A stretch of 64,000 bases of DNA from Octopus sinensis (Eukaryota): NCBI RefSeq assembly GCF_006345805.1, contig NC_042999.1, forward strand, positions 152,458,001-152,522,000, written 5' to 3'. The notes below the pieces were generated by a model. The model was given only the letters and a program-made list of their open reading frames with translations, made no database searches and was not told the DNA's origin. Made by a program: the position numbers and the translations under genes. Positions 12,181 to 25,975 of this stretch are shown one piece after another. Each line of letters starts with the position of its first letter. Position 1 is the first letter of the stretch.

Positions 12181-12313
12181 ATATTTACCCACAAGAGTAA
12201 ACACAGAGACAGGCAGAAACAAGGAAAATGCCACTTGTATTTGAACACTATACAAATATTCTTTTAAAAAAACTTTTCTTTTGATTTTTCTAAATTTAAT
12301 TATTTAATTGTTA

Positions 12314-12349
12314 CAGTCGAAAAAGTCTCAATGACTGAAACCGGTACTG
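12314..12349 (+). ncRNA. Degenerate hammerhead-like motif
   Basis: CAG-UCGAAAA-AGUC-ucaau-GACU-GAAA-CCGG-UA-CUG; all three stems present, 5' box mutated. Confidence 0.45.
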
Positions 12350-13433
12350 AAATGTTTTTATAAAATTATTTTAGCATTTTCTATCTTGACCTTGTATGTA
12401 TGTATGTAAACACTTACGTACAACTGGCTCACATCGGAAGCGTAATGAGCTGAAAAAAGATTTAATTTAATTTTTAAATCTCGGCAAACAGAGACCGGAC
12501 CTCATTTTGAATTAGTTTAAAGATTATAATCAGACAGCAAGACATATAGCTAAAAAAATATGGATCAACCCAATTATTGTAAAATACCGAGAATGCTTGG
12601 CTTATAATCCTGAAATAAAATATATTCATTCTGTAATTGTTGCATACATATTCATATAGTTGCATATCTAGGCACTCTTATATATTTAAATGATAAACTT
12701 CTGGAAAGTTTTATAGAGTTTTACAGTTTCAGTGATGATGTCAGTAACCATTATAAAGAAACTTAGACGTTCACCTGTAATGTGTGGTGGCTTTTCCAAA
12801 GTTTTCTGTGTTTTGTGCGCTTCTATATACTATAAAGTTACTATCTTTAGTTCAACAGCGGCTGAGGAAGTGTACATTAAACCGAGATATTTAGATGACC
12901 GGTACGGAATTCGTAGTAAATGTTCCATGTTTTTTGTTAGCGTTTCATTTGCTGTCCAGTTACTTAGACATCTATTCATAACACCAACTACCTGTCGAAT
13001 TGTTGCGCACTCTCAATACTTAAAGTTCTCGATCAGATCAACTAAGGTAATATTACCTAATTACATGTGCATCTATCTATCGAATACACAAACACATAAA
13101 CAAGAACATATATATAATGCATATATATATATACACACACATATACATACAGATATGTATACATACATATACATATATATATATATATGCGCATACGTAC
13201 ATATACAGAGAGAAGCACGAATGTATAAATTCATTGATCAGCCTTTTTTATAGGCTACTGCTTTTTTAAACTTGTTTCATTTTCTTTTTCGTTACTCTCC
13301 CTTCCACCCTCTTTCTTTCTCCCTCCCTCTATCTATCTATCTATCTATCTATCTATATATCTAGCTATTTCTTACGCCCCTCTCTGTCTCTCTCATTATA
13401 TACATACATACATACACACAAACACACACACAC

Positions 13434-13530
<97 letters not shown>

Positions 13531-14105
13531 TATCTGCGTAATTTAACTTCTGATCTTTTTTAAAAATTTTACATTCGAGTCAACTAGTATTCTTTCTTGT
13601 TGTTGTTTGCGATGTTATTACAGTTCTTGTTGTTTTTGTTTTTGCTCTTGTTCTTGTTCTTCTTATTGTTGTTGTTGTTGTTGTTTTATATTATTGCTGT
13701 GATTCTTTTCATTTAGATTTCCACTTTTCTTTGTATATTTTTTTTTCTTTACTAATCATATAATTCTGTTTGAAATTTCATGCAGTTAGCTTTAGCTAAT
13801 GAATAATTCCCTCGTATTGATGAACTGACGTGGAAACATCGCATGAAAGGCCTAGTGAAACGACTCTAACAAATTGATAAACGTTGCTTAGTTCTCTATA
13901 TGCGTCGTTCATGTGAAATTGCATTAGCCGCTTTGATATGCAATTTTATAAGAATTTCTATTCAGTATTTGCACCTTACTTGCTAGATTACATTGGTTCC
14001 AATGAAAGTTAGCGAATAGTAGGAAAAATGGTTTATTTCCTATATATGTATGAGTTTCTATATATGTATATATATATAGATATATGTACAATGTATATAT
14101 TTATA

Positions 14106-14167
<62 letters not shown>

Positions 14168-14915
14168 TATATATATATATACATATGGATATACATATGT
14201 ATACTTATATAACACATATATATTTATGTATATATATATAAATTTATACACACATATGCATATATATATATTTATACATACAAACATACATATATCTATA
14301 TCAATATACCTATACATACATACATACATACATACATACACACACACACATATATATATATATATTAACTTGCATACATAATTGTGTGTGTGTTCGTGTG
14401 TATTATATAATCACGTAACTCATAGATTGTTTAAATGAGAAATCAGCTGTATGATTGTATATCGATTTTGTTAGCGGCTTGTGTTAAGCTGTGATAGATT
14501 TTTCTTTGGCAAACCCCCGATAATACATAATTGTGGATGGTGTGCCTTGTGCAAGAATGAGTTTCGAGAAGTTTGATTTACAGAATATTGATTAAGATGC
14601 GTGTTAGTTAAACATGTACTTTCTATGAAGGCACATGTAAAATTAACCCACGATAATCTTGTTTGGGATACAAACCCACTCTGCTAATTGAATATGTATA
14701 TGCATACAGGTGTACATATATTTCTATGAATGTATGTGTGTATCTGGGTTGTTTATGTACGTATATGTAAATAATATGTAAGAACAGAGAGAGCGAGGGT
14801 TGTAAGAAATTGAATAGGGATTGCAGATTATAGAATCTGTATGTATGCGTGCTTATCCCTCTCTCTCTATTTATCAATCTATATATATATATAACTATCT
14901 ATCTATCTATCTATT

Positions 14916-15002
<87 letters not shown>

Positions 15003-15183
15003 AAATATGTATATGCATATATGTACATACATATATACGTATATATATATTAGTATGTATATATAAATATATACATAGATACATGTATATGTTTATATAT
15101 ACATGTGGGTGTCTGAATGTATATAGATATATATATATATATATCTCTGACCCTCTTTGTCTGTCTGTCTGTTTGTTTCACTC

Positions 15184-15225
<42 letters not shown>

Positions 15226-15582
15226 CATATATCGGTCTGCCTATACTTGTGTACGTGTGTGTATATGTATATATTTATTAAGATACAGATGGATTATCAG
15301 ATGCCATTATTGAGAGCAGATACACATCAATGTTTGTGATAATTACATTTTCATGTGTATATTCTGATATTCTCGAGTGGCATTTTAAATCGCCCAGCAT
15401 GTATATACGCACACTTATATTTACATACACATATAAACTCAGACACACACACACACACACACGTATATAAACATCTATCTGTTTATCAGTCTCTGTGTGA
15501 TTATATATTTGCCTATCTGTCTGTCATCTTGTCTGCCTGTAAATCTATCTATCGATCCATATATCTCAATCTCTCTTGCTAT

Positions 15583-15614
<32 letters not shown>

Positions 15615-15620
15615 ATATAT

Positions 15621-15651
<31 letters not shown>

Positions 15652-15663
15652 GTGTGTGTATAC

Positions 15664-15716
<53 letters not shown>

Positions 15717-15723
15717 ACATAAT

Positions 15724-15840
15724 ATACAATAGAACCTCGCATTACGAGTATCCCATTGTAAGCGTAATTTGCTGTACGAGCCGAGATTTGTGTGAATTTT
15801 CATCTTGAAGTACAAGCGGAAATCCTCAGTACGAGTATAC
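15724..15840. mobile_element. Possible pogo/Tigger-like terminal fragment
   Basis: 'tacaatagaacctcgcattacgag' resembles TA+CAGT..ACCTCG termini; internal 'tacgag' subrepeats. Confidence 0.35.
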
Positions 15841-15934
15841 AAATCATCCTATCTTTAAGGTAATCCAGTAAATAAAAGCAGTTTACATATTTCTTTTGAA
15901 TTCTCTTTCTTATAATTGTCATTTAACTTGTAAC

Positions 15935-16203
15935 TACAACGGAACAGCTTGCTCATGAAATTAACGTGCAAGTGGCTGAGCACTCCACAAACATGTGTAC
16001 CCTTAACGTAGTTCACAGGGAGATTGAACCTGACACAGAGTATGATAAGGCCGGCCCTTCGAAATACAGGTACCTCTCATTTTTGCCAGCTGAGTGGACT
16101 GGAGCAACGTGAAATAAAGTCACTTGCTCAAGGACACAACGCGTCGCCAGGAATTGAACCTACGACCATACACTTGTAAGCCTAATGCCCTAACCACTAA
16201 GCC
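15935..16203 (-). mobile_element. SINE family A
   Basis: Reverse complement of 859-1157. Confidence 0.85.
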
Positions 16204-16304
16204 AACATATGTATGTGGCTACTCTCTCTATATATACATGCATACACACACCCAGATACATCGCAAGGAGGTACACGTTGACACATGACATGCGTTAACA
16301 TGTG

Positions 16305-17283
16305 CCTCCGCGTGACAGTGTAAACTTACATTTAATCAAGGTATCCTGGGCCTGAAAATCGGTAGATGTTCCGCTTTAGAAATTTACAGAAGATTAGTGG
16401 CGGGAAGTGCAACGACGTCCACGGTGAAACTCTGGGTGCCGACGAGCATGAGCTGGCTTATCTGTTCTGGAGGACTTTCAGGTCGGGAACTATCATGGAT
16501 AATTTCGAGATGTCCCTGGCTTGACAGCACTATTAGGGGGCGTTACAGGTTCGAGACAAGCTCTACAGGCATGGATGCGCTGTCAGAGGGATTTGTCCGA
16601 GGTCCGTACAGAGTGACGAAACTGTTCTGCCCACCCTCGTTCAGTGTTTGGGCATTGCTGACTTGTAGGGTTATGATGAACAACTGCTGTCACGTGTAGG
16701 ATGGATCCGTCTGTCGGCCGAGTCCGTAGTGAAGATTGCACCGCCGCCCTCCTTCAATTGGGCAGGTAAGGCAGTTTTCCTTTGCCTGGTGGCTGTGGCG
16801 AAAGAAGTTGTCTGGTGAACAAGGCTGAAAGGCATGAGGACAGATACATTCCTCTTTGGTACAGCTCTCATTGACTTCTTCCAGTTTCACTTGAAAAGGA
16901 AATTGAGAGTGGAGAGGGAAGTGTTGACCTCGAGTGAGTTTATTGAAAGGTGGGTGAAAGTTGTGAAAATGGCAAGTGTAGACCTGTGAGTCGGAGAGAA
17001 GGAATTGCAGAGGGCACTTTCTCATAGGGTTTCAGGGAAATTTCGGATGGTGGTGTTCCTCGGTTATCTATAGAGGCGTTCCTGTATCAGGAGGGCCACA
17101 TCTCTATAATCCTGCCTACCACTTTTTTCTTCTTTCTCGTTCTGTATGTCATGCATATGTCTTCTCATTCCCAGGGTTTACTTTTTATTTTTTATTTATT
17201 TATTATTTCATTATTAAACCCCCAAATTTATGTCTGTCTCTGCATTATCCCCCTCATCTTTTGCCCACGTGGCAAATAAATGA
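16305..17283 (+). mobile_element. 5'-truncated L1/Tx1-like LINE (ORF2 C-terminal zinc-knuckle region plus 3' UTR), decayed
   Basis: Conceptual translation ALQVRDKLYRHG...ICPR..SDETVL..LVQC...FHLKRKLRVER..RWVKV; AATAAA then (CAT)n tail; homologous to 59672-60670. Confidence 0.8.
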
Positions 17284-17306
17284 CATCATCATCATCATCA
17301 TCATCA

Positions 17307-17367
<61 letters not shown>

Positions 17368-17425
17368 TGTTTTTGGTATTATTATTATTGTTATTGTTGT
17401 TGTTATTTATTATTACTATCATTGT
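17284..17425. repeat. (CAT)n/(TAT)n microsatellite
   Basis: Direct reading. Confidence 0.9.
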
Positions 17426-18006
17426 TATCATAATTTTTGCTATTACTATAATTTTTATTTTTCCGTTGTATATCGTCGTTTTTGTTATTTTATCATTATT
17501 ATTACAATTTTTGTTGGGGAAGGCGTAGGTAGGATTTGAAGTGTAGTTAATTATATATATTTACAAGGAAATGCTTTTGTATGAGTCTGCTTCTCTGTGT
17601 TTAAAATGTATAATGTTTTTATGCATGTATTTGGGTAAGTATATTTTTGTACGTATGTATGTATGCGTGTTTGAATGTATGAATGTAATTGTAATTCTAT
17701 GAGTATGGCTATGTATATGTATGCAGATATGCATCATCTGGTCGTGTGAAATATTCTAATAAAGATAAAGCTAGATTTTAACAGGGAGCTACCTTTTATT
17801 GGAATTATGACATCTACTGTGTAATGATGTATGTGTATGCATGCATGTATGTACGTATTTATGTATATATGTATGCATACATGTATGCATACATGTATGC
17901 ATGTATTTAATAACTCATGTATGTATTTGGTCATGTATATTTTATATTACATGTGAAAGAGTAAATTCGCACCAATGTTAGATCTCGCTATATATATACT
18001 ATATAC

Positions 18007-18071
<65 letters not shown>

Positions 18072-18594
18072 TATATACATATGTATATATATATATGTGT
18101 GTGTGCGTATATATATATATATTTATATATACATATACATATATTATTATATACGCATACTTGTATGTATACATACATATGTACAGATATAGATATAAAT
18201 GTGCATGCGTGTGTGTATTTGTGTGATTGCTTAGATAGATATGGTAGAAAACCTGTGGTATCTTACATGTTGAAGGATGGTGCACTAGTAGGAATTTTTA
18301 CTGCAGTTATTCCTCTACCCACAATACTATATTAAGCAAGATCTCGGTATGAGAAACAGACAAGGGTGGCGGTGTCAAAATCTGTCTTTCACCAAGTGAG
18401 CCAGCCACCAATAAGAAAGCACATGCAATAGTGGTGGTATGAAATATCTCATCACTCAGAAGATATCAAGCACGAAGAACGCTATGAAAGAGTTATAAAG
18501 TAACAATGTTCCAACATGATCACGACAGCTTGGCTGAAACACATTTAAAAAAATTAAAGAAATAACAATGCACATACATGCATATATACTGTTG

Positions 18595-18695
18595 CGTGTG
18601 GGCCCCCTTGTAGTTGTCGTGGGCCCCCTTGTAGTTGTCGTGGGCCCAGTGAGTCTCCTGGCAACCTATATTTTAGATCCTGTCCGCCACCGTAC
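18595..18695. repeat. ~22-bp tandem repeat (gtgggcccccttgtagttgtc, about 2.5 copies), possibly the end of a non-autonomous DNA transposon
   Basis: Direct repeat seen; ends 'tccgccaccgta'. Confidence 0.5.
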
Positions 18696-19562
18696 ATACA
18701 TACACACATAATACATACATGCATGTATGCATGCATGCATGAATACATACATACACACACGCACACATAGACACACAAACACACGCACACACACACACGT
18801 ATATATACACACATATAACAAGAACAAAAATGGTGAAAAGCACATCTTCAATTGATGAATACACCATACATTACCGACGATCAATCCTATTGTACCAGCA
18901 TATTTAGATGCAGAAGAAGGTAAAAAATATGTCAAATTAATATATCCAAAAATATATACTAGCACAACATTATCAAGGCTACACAAGAAGGGCTAAATTC
19001 AAAGTGAACTAAGAAAACATCTCTAATAGATGAACGCATACAAAAAGAACGTTATGAAGAAATACAATATTCTGAGAAAAGCCAGTTTCGTGTTTAAATT
19101 TTGATGACGTCAGTAGATAACCAAAGAATAAGAAATAAACATCTAAGTTCTGTCCCATGACAATTAGAAACAGAAATTTTTCCTCAAATATGCTAAAATT
19201 GGTTTAGAAAAATTATGCATATTAGATTACAAGAAAAGCAATTATAATGAGTGGGTTATTTATTATTATTTATGAGAAAGTTTCAGTGTGAAATTATTCC
19301 TACAATTTAATAATACTAATTTAGAAGTAATTATAAAATACATTTCTTCAGGGTAAAGATCACATTTAAGATTACCAGCATTATAAAATGGTGCGTAATT
19401 AATAATGGACTATTTTATATCATAGTTAATGATCTCCGTCTTTTAAATATCAAATGCATTAACTTAAATGAAGAAGAATGGCTATGTAATCTAGATTTCC
19501 AAATTGTAGCAAGAGAACGTATATAATATGTGTAATCCTTGCTTTAACTTTTCATTGATACA

Positions 19563-19918
19563 CTATATTTTTTCTAAAACATTGATTTTCAAAAGGGCAG
19601 AAAATTCTGTTTTTGATATTACAAGGCATTCATTCACTTGTATGTGGTTCTCATGGTTAAAGGAGTTAATACTAATCCTTGTCTCAAAAGTAGGTGTTAA
19701 AGCATGATTATTCGCAGTATTATATTCACTATTATAACTAGGCGTTATCTTAAGGATATCAGTTTTAAAGTTGGTGTTACTTTTATCTAAAATATCAAAA
19801 TCTCTTTCAAGAAAATTATCAGAATTCACAATTCCACAATTCGCACTATTGGTTCTACTCATGTTTACTAATTTCGAGCTAAGATTCTGTTTAATTTTAC
19901 TTTTGTTATGTGCTGCTA
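19563..19918 (-). CDS. Candidate coding exon of unknown gene (N/S-rich, ~118 open codons)
   Basis: Longest non-repetitive open frame in very AT-rich unique DNA; possible acceptor 'tttaactgcaaattatag'; no recognisable domain. Confidence 0.25.
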
Positions 19919-20297
19919 TAATTTGCAGTTAAATTTCTGGTGGTTGAATACGGAAATTTTACGCTATGGCAAATAGATAATTTCCTATACTTATTTCAAG
20001 TTGAGAAATATCTAAACATTACAGCACAGAATTTCCTTGGAATATTAATAGCCATGCAAGATGCGAATGGTGCATTATACCAGATAATATTCATTGATTT
20101 AATCTTTATGTTATTTATATACACGCTTTTCTTCATATTAACATTGACAACATTAGACGTTCTCTTGCCGTAATTTCTATCTTAAATTTATACATATCTA
20201 TCGACACATTAACATTATTATCATTCATATACACACAACAGATTAGAGTCTAAACTTTAGACTGTTAGAAAAGAAAAATTCCTACCCTCGGACTACC

Positions 20298-20307
20298 GTT
20301 ATTATTA

Positions 20308-20384
<77 letters not shown>

Positions 20385-20397
20385 TTATTATTGTTGC

Positions 20398-20440
<43 letters not shown>
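20298..20440. repeat. (TTA)n microsatellite
   Basis: Direct reading. Confidence 0.95.
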
Positions 20441-20441
<1 letters not shown>

Positions 20442-20905
20442 GCGTCTTCTTTCAATTCTGTTTCCATTTCTTGACGAGTGTCTTCGTGATACCTAGAGCA
20501 GAGAAACGTTCAGTATACTTTGGTAGGCCATTAAAATAAACACACCAGCTTGTTCATTTACAAAGTCATGTGATAGAAAAAAGGGGAAGACAGAGAGAAA
20601 AAGGGAAAAAAATCAAAAATCATAAAGTAAACAAATAAAATCAAGGGAGAAAAGGAAAGAAAATTCACAGCATTAATGCTCTCCTCAATACGTGTGACGT
20701 ACCAGTTACGACGATCTTTTGTATTTCCTATATGGATCATTCTTAAATAATTTTATGTATCCTCTGCCAGGGATCATTCTTAAATAATTTTCAGTTCCTT
20801 TTTTGATCAGTCCAAGTGCTCCTACAATCACTTCTATTATAACCGTCTTCAGATGCCGCATTTTTTCGATTTCGATTAGCAAATCTTTATATTTTCTGAG
20901 GTATA
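20441..20905 (-). mobile_element. R4/Dong-like non-LTR retrotransposon 3' end (restriction-like endonuclease C-terminus)
   Basis: RKYKDLLIEIEKM..VIVGALG...EIQKIVVTGTSHVLRRAL*; 3' end abuts (AAT)n. Confidence 0.75.
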
Positions 20906-20911
20906 GTGCAC

Positions 20912-21085
20912 CCATCCTAATAATTGACATAGCAGTATCAGGAGATCAACATATCCTCATGAAAGAAAGAGAGAAGATTGATAAATATGGAGACCGGAGA
21001 ATTGAGATCGCTAAAATTGTGGCAGCTACGAGAGTCAAACATAAAGGTTATCCCTATTGTCATCGGAGCATTGGGTTTTATCAAA
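20912..21085 (+). mobile_element. Second R4-like RLE-domain fragment
   Basis: ILIIDIAVSGDQHILMKEREKIDKY..IEIAK / LWQL..VIPIVIGALG with a frameshift. Confidence 0.7.
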
Positions 21086-21500
21086 TTTCTATGTGTTTAT
21101 ACGAATGATGAAATGAATTCTCATTTTCAAAAGTAAAATAAAAGTAAAATATATTTATTACCTTAAAATATAACTAAATAAAACTTTCTCTTTTGTATTA
21201 CTCCTCACATAATTAGTCCATCGTTAATACCGTTTCCTCCACCTTATCCTCTTCCCGACACCAGACCTAATATGTGCACTCATCCTGCACCGTTTATGCT
21301 AACTCTTTCTATATCTATTTTTTATTCTCTTCCCCCTCTCTCTATATGATTTAAGATGTGTGGAGATTTCAACCAATAAGGCGGCCATCCAGCCTTTATA
21401 CCGGTTGTTACTAGAGAGAGATACATTATAATTATATCTAATTATTTTAAATCCCTTTTAGCATCGAAAGTATGTCCGCATATTTTTGTACACATATTTA

Positions 21501-22065
21501 TTGGGTTGTCCGGAAAGTTCGTGCCGATTTTTAAAGGAAAGAAAAAGGTCAATAAATACTTACCATTACATTTTTAATCAACCAAATATGAACTGTTTTC
21601 TTGCACAATGCATCTTCATCTTTCCTTTAGCTTTAAAACACCCTCTTCCCAGAATTGAGGTGGTTTCATGGCAAAGAATTCATCTAGGTATCTTTTTACG
21701 TTATCCAAGGAATTGAAATTTTTATCATTAAGTCAATTCAGCAGAGATCTGAATAAGTGGAAATCCGAAGGAGCAATATCTGGTGAATATGGAGGGTGGG
21801 GTAACACATCCCAGCCGAGCTGCAGCAATTTTTGTCTGATTCTCAAAGCATCAAGTGCCGAAAATGAATTTTCTTATATTCCATTTTAAAGGGTTACAAA
21901 ATTAACTCAGGTTATAGGAACATAAACCTTCTTCCACGAAAAGACAGCTTAATTGTGCTTTAAATGGAGGAGTAGTCAAATCCTATTTTATGGATTCAAC
22001 CATGTTCTAAAATAAGTCGAAAGGTAAGCTACTATAAATCGGCACGAACTTTCTGGACAACCCAA
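21501..22065 (-). mobile_element. Internally deleted mariner with both 30-bp TIRs and TA target duplication
   Basis: TIRs ttgggttgtccggaaagttcgtgccgattt / aaatcggcacgaactttctggacaacccaa flanked by TA; minus strand DVLPHPPYSPDIAPSDFHLFRSL. Confidence 0.92.
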
Positions 22066-22344
22066 TATAAATATTATAAGACTCACCTACATTTCTAGTT
22101 TATGTTTTACAGAGCTCAAACTTACTTTTGTTTTCTCTTTCATGGCTTAAAAAAAACTATATATAACTGGAATTTGATGGAACCGAATAAGTAGTCAGCA
22201 ACTACCACCACACAAAAATAGTTTCATGCGTAAGTAATAAATATATTATAAAAAGTGAAGATGCAGTGAATTTAGAGGAGGTGTATCATATTTCTTGTTT
22301 TATGTGAAGCAACTCTGTCACATGTCATGTCAAACCTTTTTCAG

Positions 22345-22514
22345 TTTTAGGTATAGTGAATAAACAAGGAGTGCTCAACCAGTATGTCAATGTTCTTGAA
22401 GGAACCAGACCAATATTGAGTGGCATAGAAGCGAAAGCGACATTAATAGAAATAGATCATCGACTAAAAGATGGTTTCTATGGATATCTGGCATACTTTT
22501 AGAGACAGACAAAA
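22345..22514 (+). CDS. Candidate coding exon of unknown gene
   Basis: Acceptor 'cctttttcag/ttttag'; frame GIVNKQGVLNQYVNVLEGTRPILSGIEAKATLIEIDHRLKDGFYGYLAYF*; donor-like 'gtaatt' at 22515. Confidence 0.35.
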
Positions 22515-22549
22515 GTAATTATGTCTTATGAAGACAAGGAATTAAATTT

Positions 22550-23105
22550 AGGAGTGACTGTATGGTTAAGAAGTTCGCTTTGCAGTCACGTGGTTTTGGG
22601 TTTTCTTCGACTAAACTTTTGAAGCATTTCACGGAATTGGACTGCGGCCACGCTGGGGCACCACCTCGAACGGTTTAATCAAACAAATCGACCCCAGGAC
22701 ATATTTTTTGGTTTAAGACAGGAACTTAGTTTTATTTTACGGAATCGTTAGATTACTTGAACGTAAACAAACCAGCAACGGTTCTGAAGCAGTGGGATGA
22801 ACAAAATCGCACACACATATATTATATGTAAGCTTCCACACAGATTCCTTCTATCAAATTCCGTCTCAAGGCATTAAGCAAGCCAGGGCTGTAGCAGAAG
22901 TCACCCAATGTACTGCGGTTCGTTGTGTTCTTGAGAAAAATCTTTATTTCACGTTGCACCATTCCACTGAGCTGTAAATGAACAACCTAGCACCAAACCT
23001 GATTCCTATTCAGCGGCTGTATTTTGGTATCGGTTTCTTATACGACATGGAAACCGAGTAATGATCCGATGGGTCTCAGGACTCGAGGCAGTATTTACTT
23101 TTAGG
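22550..23105. mobile_element. Scrambled SINE B fragments (both orientations) followed by an A-type body/tail
   Basis: Diverged matches to B head, B tail (minus) and 'cgttgtgttcttgag..tttatttcacgttgc'. Confidence 0.65.
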
Positions 23106-23271
23106 TCAAACGTCGTAGGTTCAACCGTCGCTGATTGAGTAACCAAGATCAAGCGCGATTAAAGAAGAACATACTCTTCAAATTGTGCCCATGTAATTTC
23201 TTTTTCACACTATATATTTATCTAAGACTATATTTTACAATGTGTCCTTTCTAATTTTTCAAGAAAGTGTA

Positions 23272-23525
23272 AGAAGTTTGCTTCCCAACCACATGGATGT
23301 GGGTTCATTCCTACTGCGTGACACTTTGGGTGAGAGTCTTCTACTATATATAGCTTGACAACCGATGCTGGTGTGTTTATGTCCCCGTCACTTAGCGGTT
23401 CGGCAAAAAAGACCGATAGAATAAGTACTGGGCTTACAAAGAATAAGTACCGGGGTCGAGCTGCTCGATTAAAGGCAGTGCACCAGCATGGCCGCAGTCA
23501 AAATGACTGAAACAAGTAAAAAGAG
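23272..23525 (+). mobile_element. SINE family B with internal deletion
   Basis: B head joined directly to B tail. Confidence 0.8.
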
Positions 23526-23685
23526 AAAAAGGGAAAAAGAGATTATGTAAATAGAGGAAATCTATCTGTAAAATAATATGTGACAATTATTCCAACCGAA
23601 GAGATGGTGTTGTGGATTTCCACCTCGGCATCCGAAACCCAGAGTTTTATCTTGGCTATTGAATAATTGTTACATATTATTTTAG

Positions 23686-23803
<118 letters not shown>

Positions 23804-23807
23804 GTGT

Positions 23808-23848
<41 letters not shown>

Positions 23849-24756
23849 CTGCCTGTTTGTCTCTGTCTGTGTCCCCCCCCCCAACTACCGCTTGACAACT
23901 GGTTTTGGTGTCTTTGCACACTCGCAACTTAGCGGTTCGTCAATAGAAACACGATAGCATAAGTATCAAGCTTAAACAAGTCAGTACTGGGCTCGTTTAG
24001 TCAGAGTAAAATTCTTCAAGGCAGGCCCTCCCCATGGCTGGGGTCTAATACATAAACGATGTGGTTTGTTAAAATTCTGGTTGCTGTTTCTTGTAGGAAA
24101 AATGACTGCGCTGAGATTCACTTGTCCAAAATCAAATATCTCTATGTCTCACACAAAACAACACTCGTAGTACATTAACAGCCTTGCTGGTTAGCTTATA
24201 CAACATCGAATATCATCCACAATGAACGTTGTATCGTTTACCACGAATGATATTTGTGTACCATTTATTTTTAATCTTTCGCTGGAAAATTTTTATTTCA
24301 TCGTGGAGAATTAACAGCGCAACATTTCCTAAGCTAACATTACAATCTCATGTATACTATATAAGTCTTTCGTTTCCTGTAGATGATTAAATATAAATGA
24401 AAATTAATGTTAAAATAAAACCAGCATCGCGTTTGGCTTTTTTTAATCTTCATCTTTTTCCTCTGTTTTATTTTGACTTTGTATATTTTAGAATTTATAG
24501 ATGCCTATTAATTACCCTTTCTTTCAAAAAAAAAATGGACACTTGGCTCTTTGCTGAAACATGGAAACTACAATTCAATATATCAAGTCAAAAATATCTG
24601 ATAGATTCTCTTTTATGACAATTTATAGCCGGGCAGTCATTTATTACTCTTCGAAAACTATTTTCGTATCGAAAGTAAATGTAACTTTGCTGAATGATGA
24701 ATTCGAGGACGAGTAACTTTTAATAAATGATCACGCATTAGCGTTTCAAACAGGAT

Positions 24757-25135
<379 letters not shown>

Positions 25136-25445
25136 TACGCCCATCATCGTAGTACTTACAGCAAGAGTAACAATGATATCGATTATTAAGATGATGGTGA
25201 TGATGTTAATAATAACAACGACGTAAATAATGGCAATGATGAGGCTAATAATAACATCAATAATTACAACAGTAACGGCAATGAAGATGATGATGATGAT
25301 GATGGTGATGATCATTATTATTACTATTTTTCTTCTTCTTCTTCTTCTTCTTCTACTTCTTCTTCTTGCTTTAATAATCTTTTCTGTTTTATCTTTTACT
25401 TAGACTGTGGCCATGCTGTAGCACCGCCTCGACTTGAGGAGGTTT

Positions 25446-25447
<2 letters not shown>

Positions 25448-25484
<37 letters not shown>

Positions 25485-25498
25485 TAATAATAATAATA

Positions 25499-25561
<63 letters not shown>

Positions 25562-25595
25562 TTAATAATCATAATAATAATAAACATTAACACTG

Positions 25596-25659
<64 letters not shown>

Positions 25660-25673
25660 TTATTATTATTATT
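25448..25673. repeat. (AAT)n followed by (ATT)n
   Basis: Direct reading. Confidence 0.9.
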
Positions 25674-25975
25674 ACTGAGTGAGATAGCAGCGTAAGTGGG
25701 GTTTCAATAAATAATTAATATTTCTCGTGATATATTTGTTAATATTTCGTTGATCGTATTTGAGTGGAGTTTTTGAAATGTCATTTTTACTTTAAAAAAA
25801 AACTAAGAAAATAACAAAATACAAAAATCGATTATTTGGTAATTGTGGGGGAAGGTGGGGAAGGCTATGGCGTAGGGTGCAGGCTATGTTACTCTCTACT
25901 CGTCGTTGACGAATCACATACTACTCTCTCCTCCTAATAAATATTATTTCATTGGATGGTAAAGTAAATAAAGTA

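Noticed and set aside
12732-13253. 173-aa ORF
   Set aside because: Fusion of an unidentified repeat-like fragment with microsatellite; no coding features
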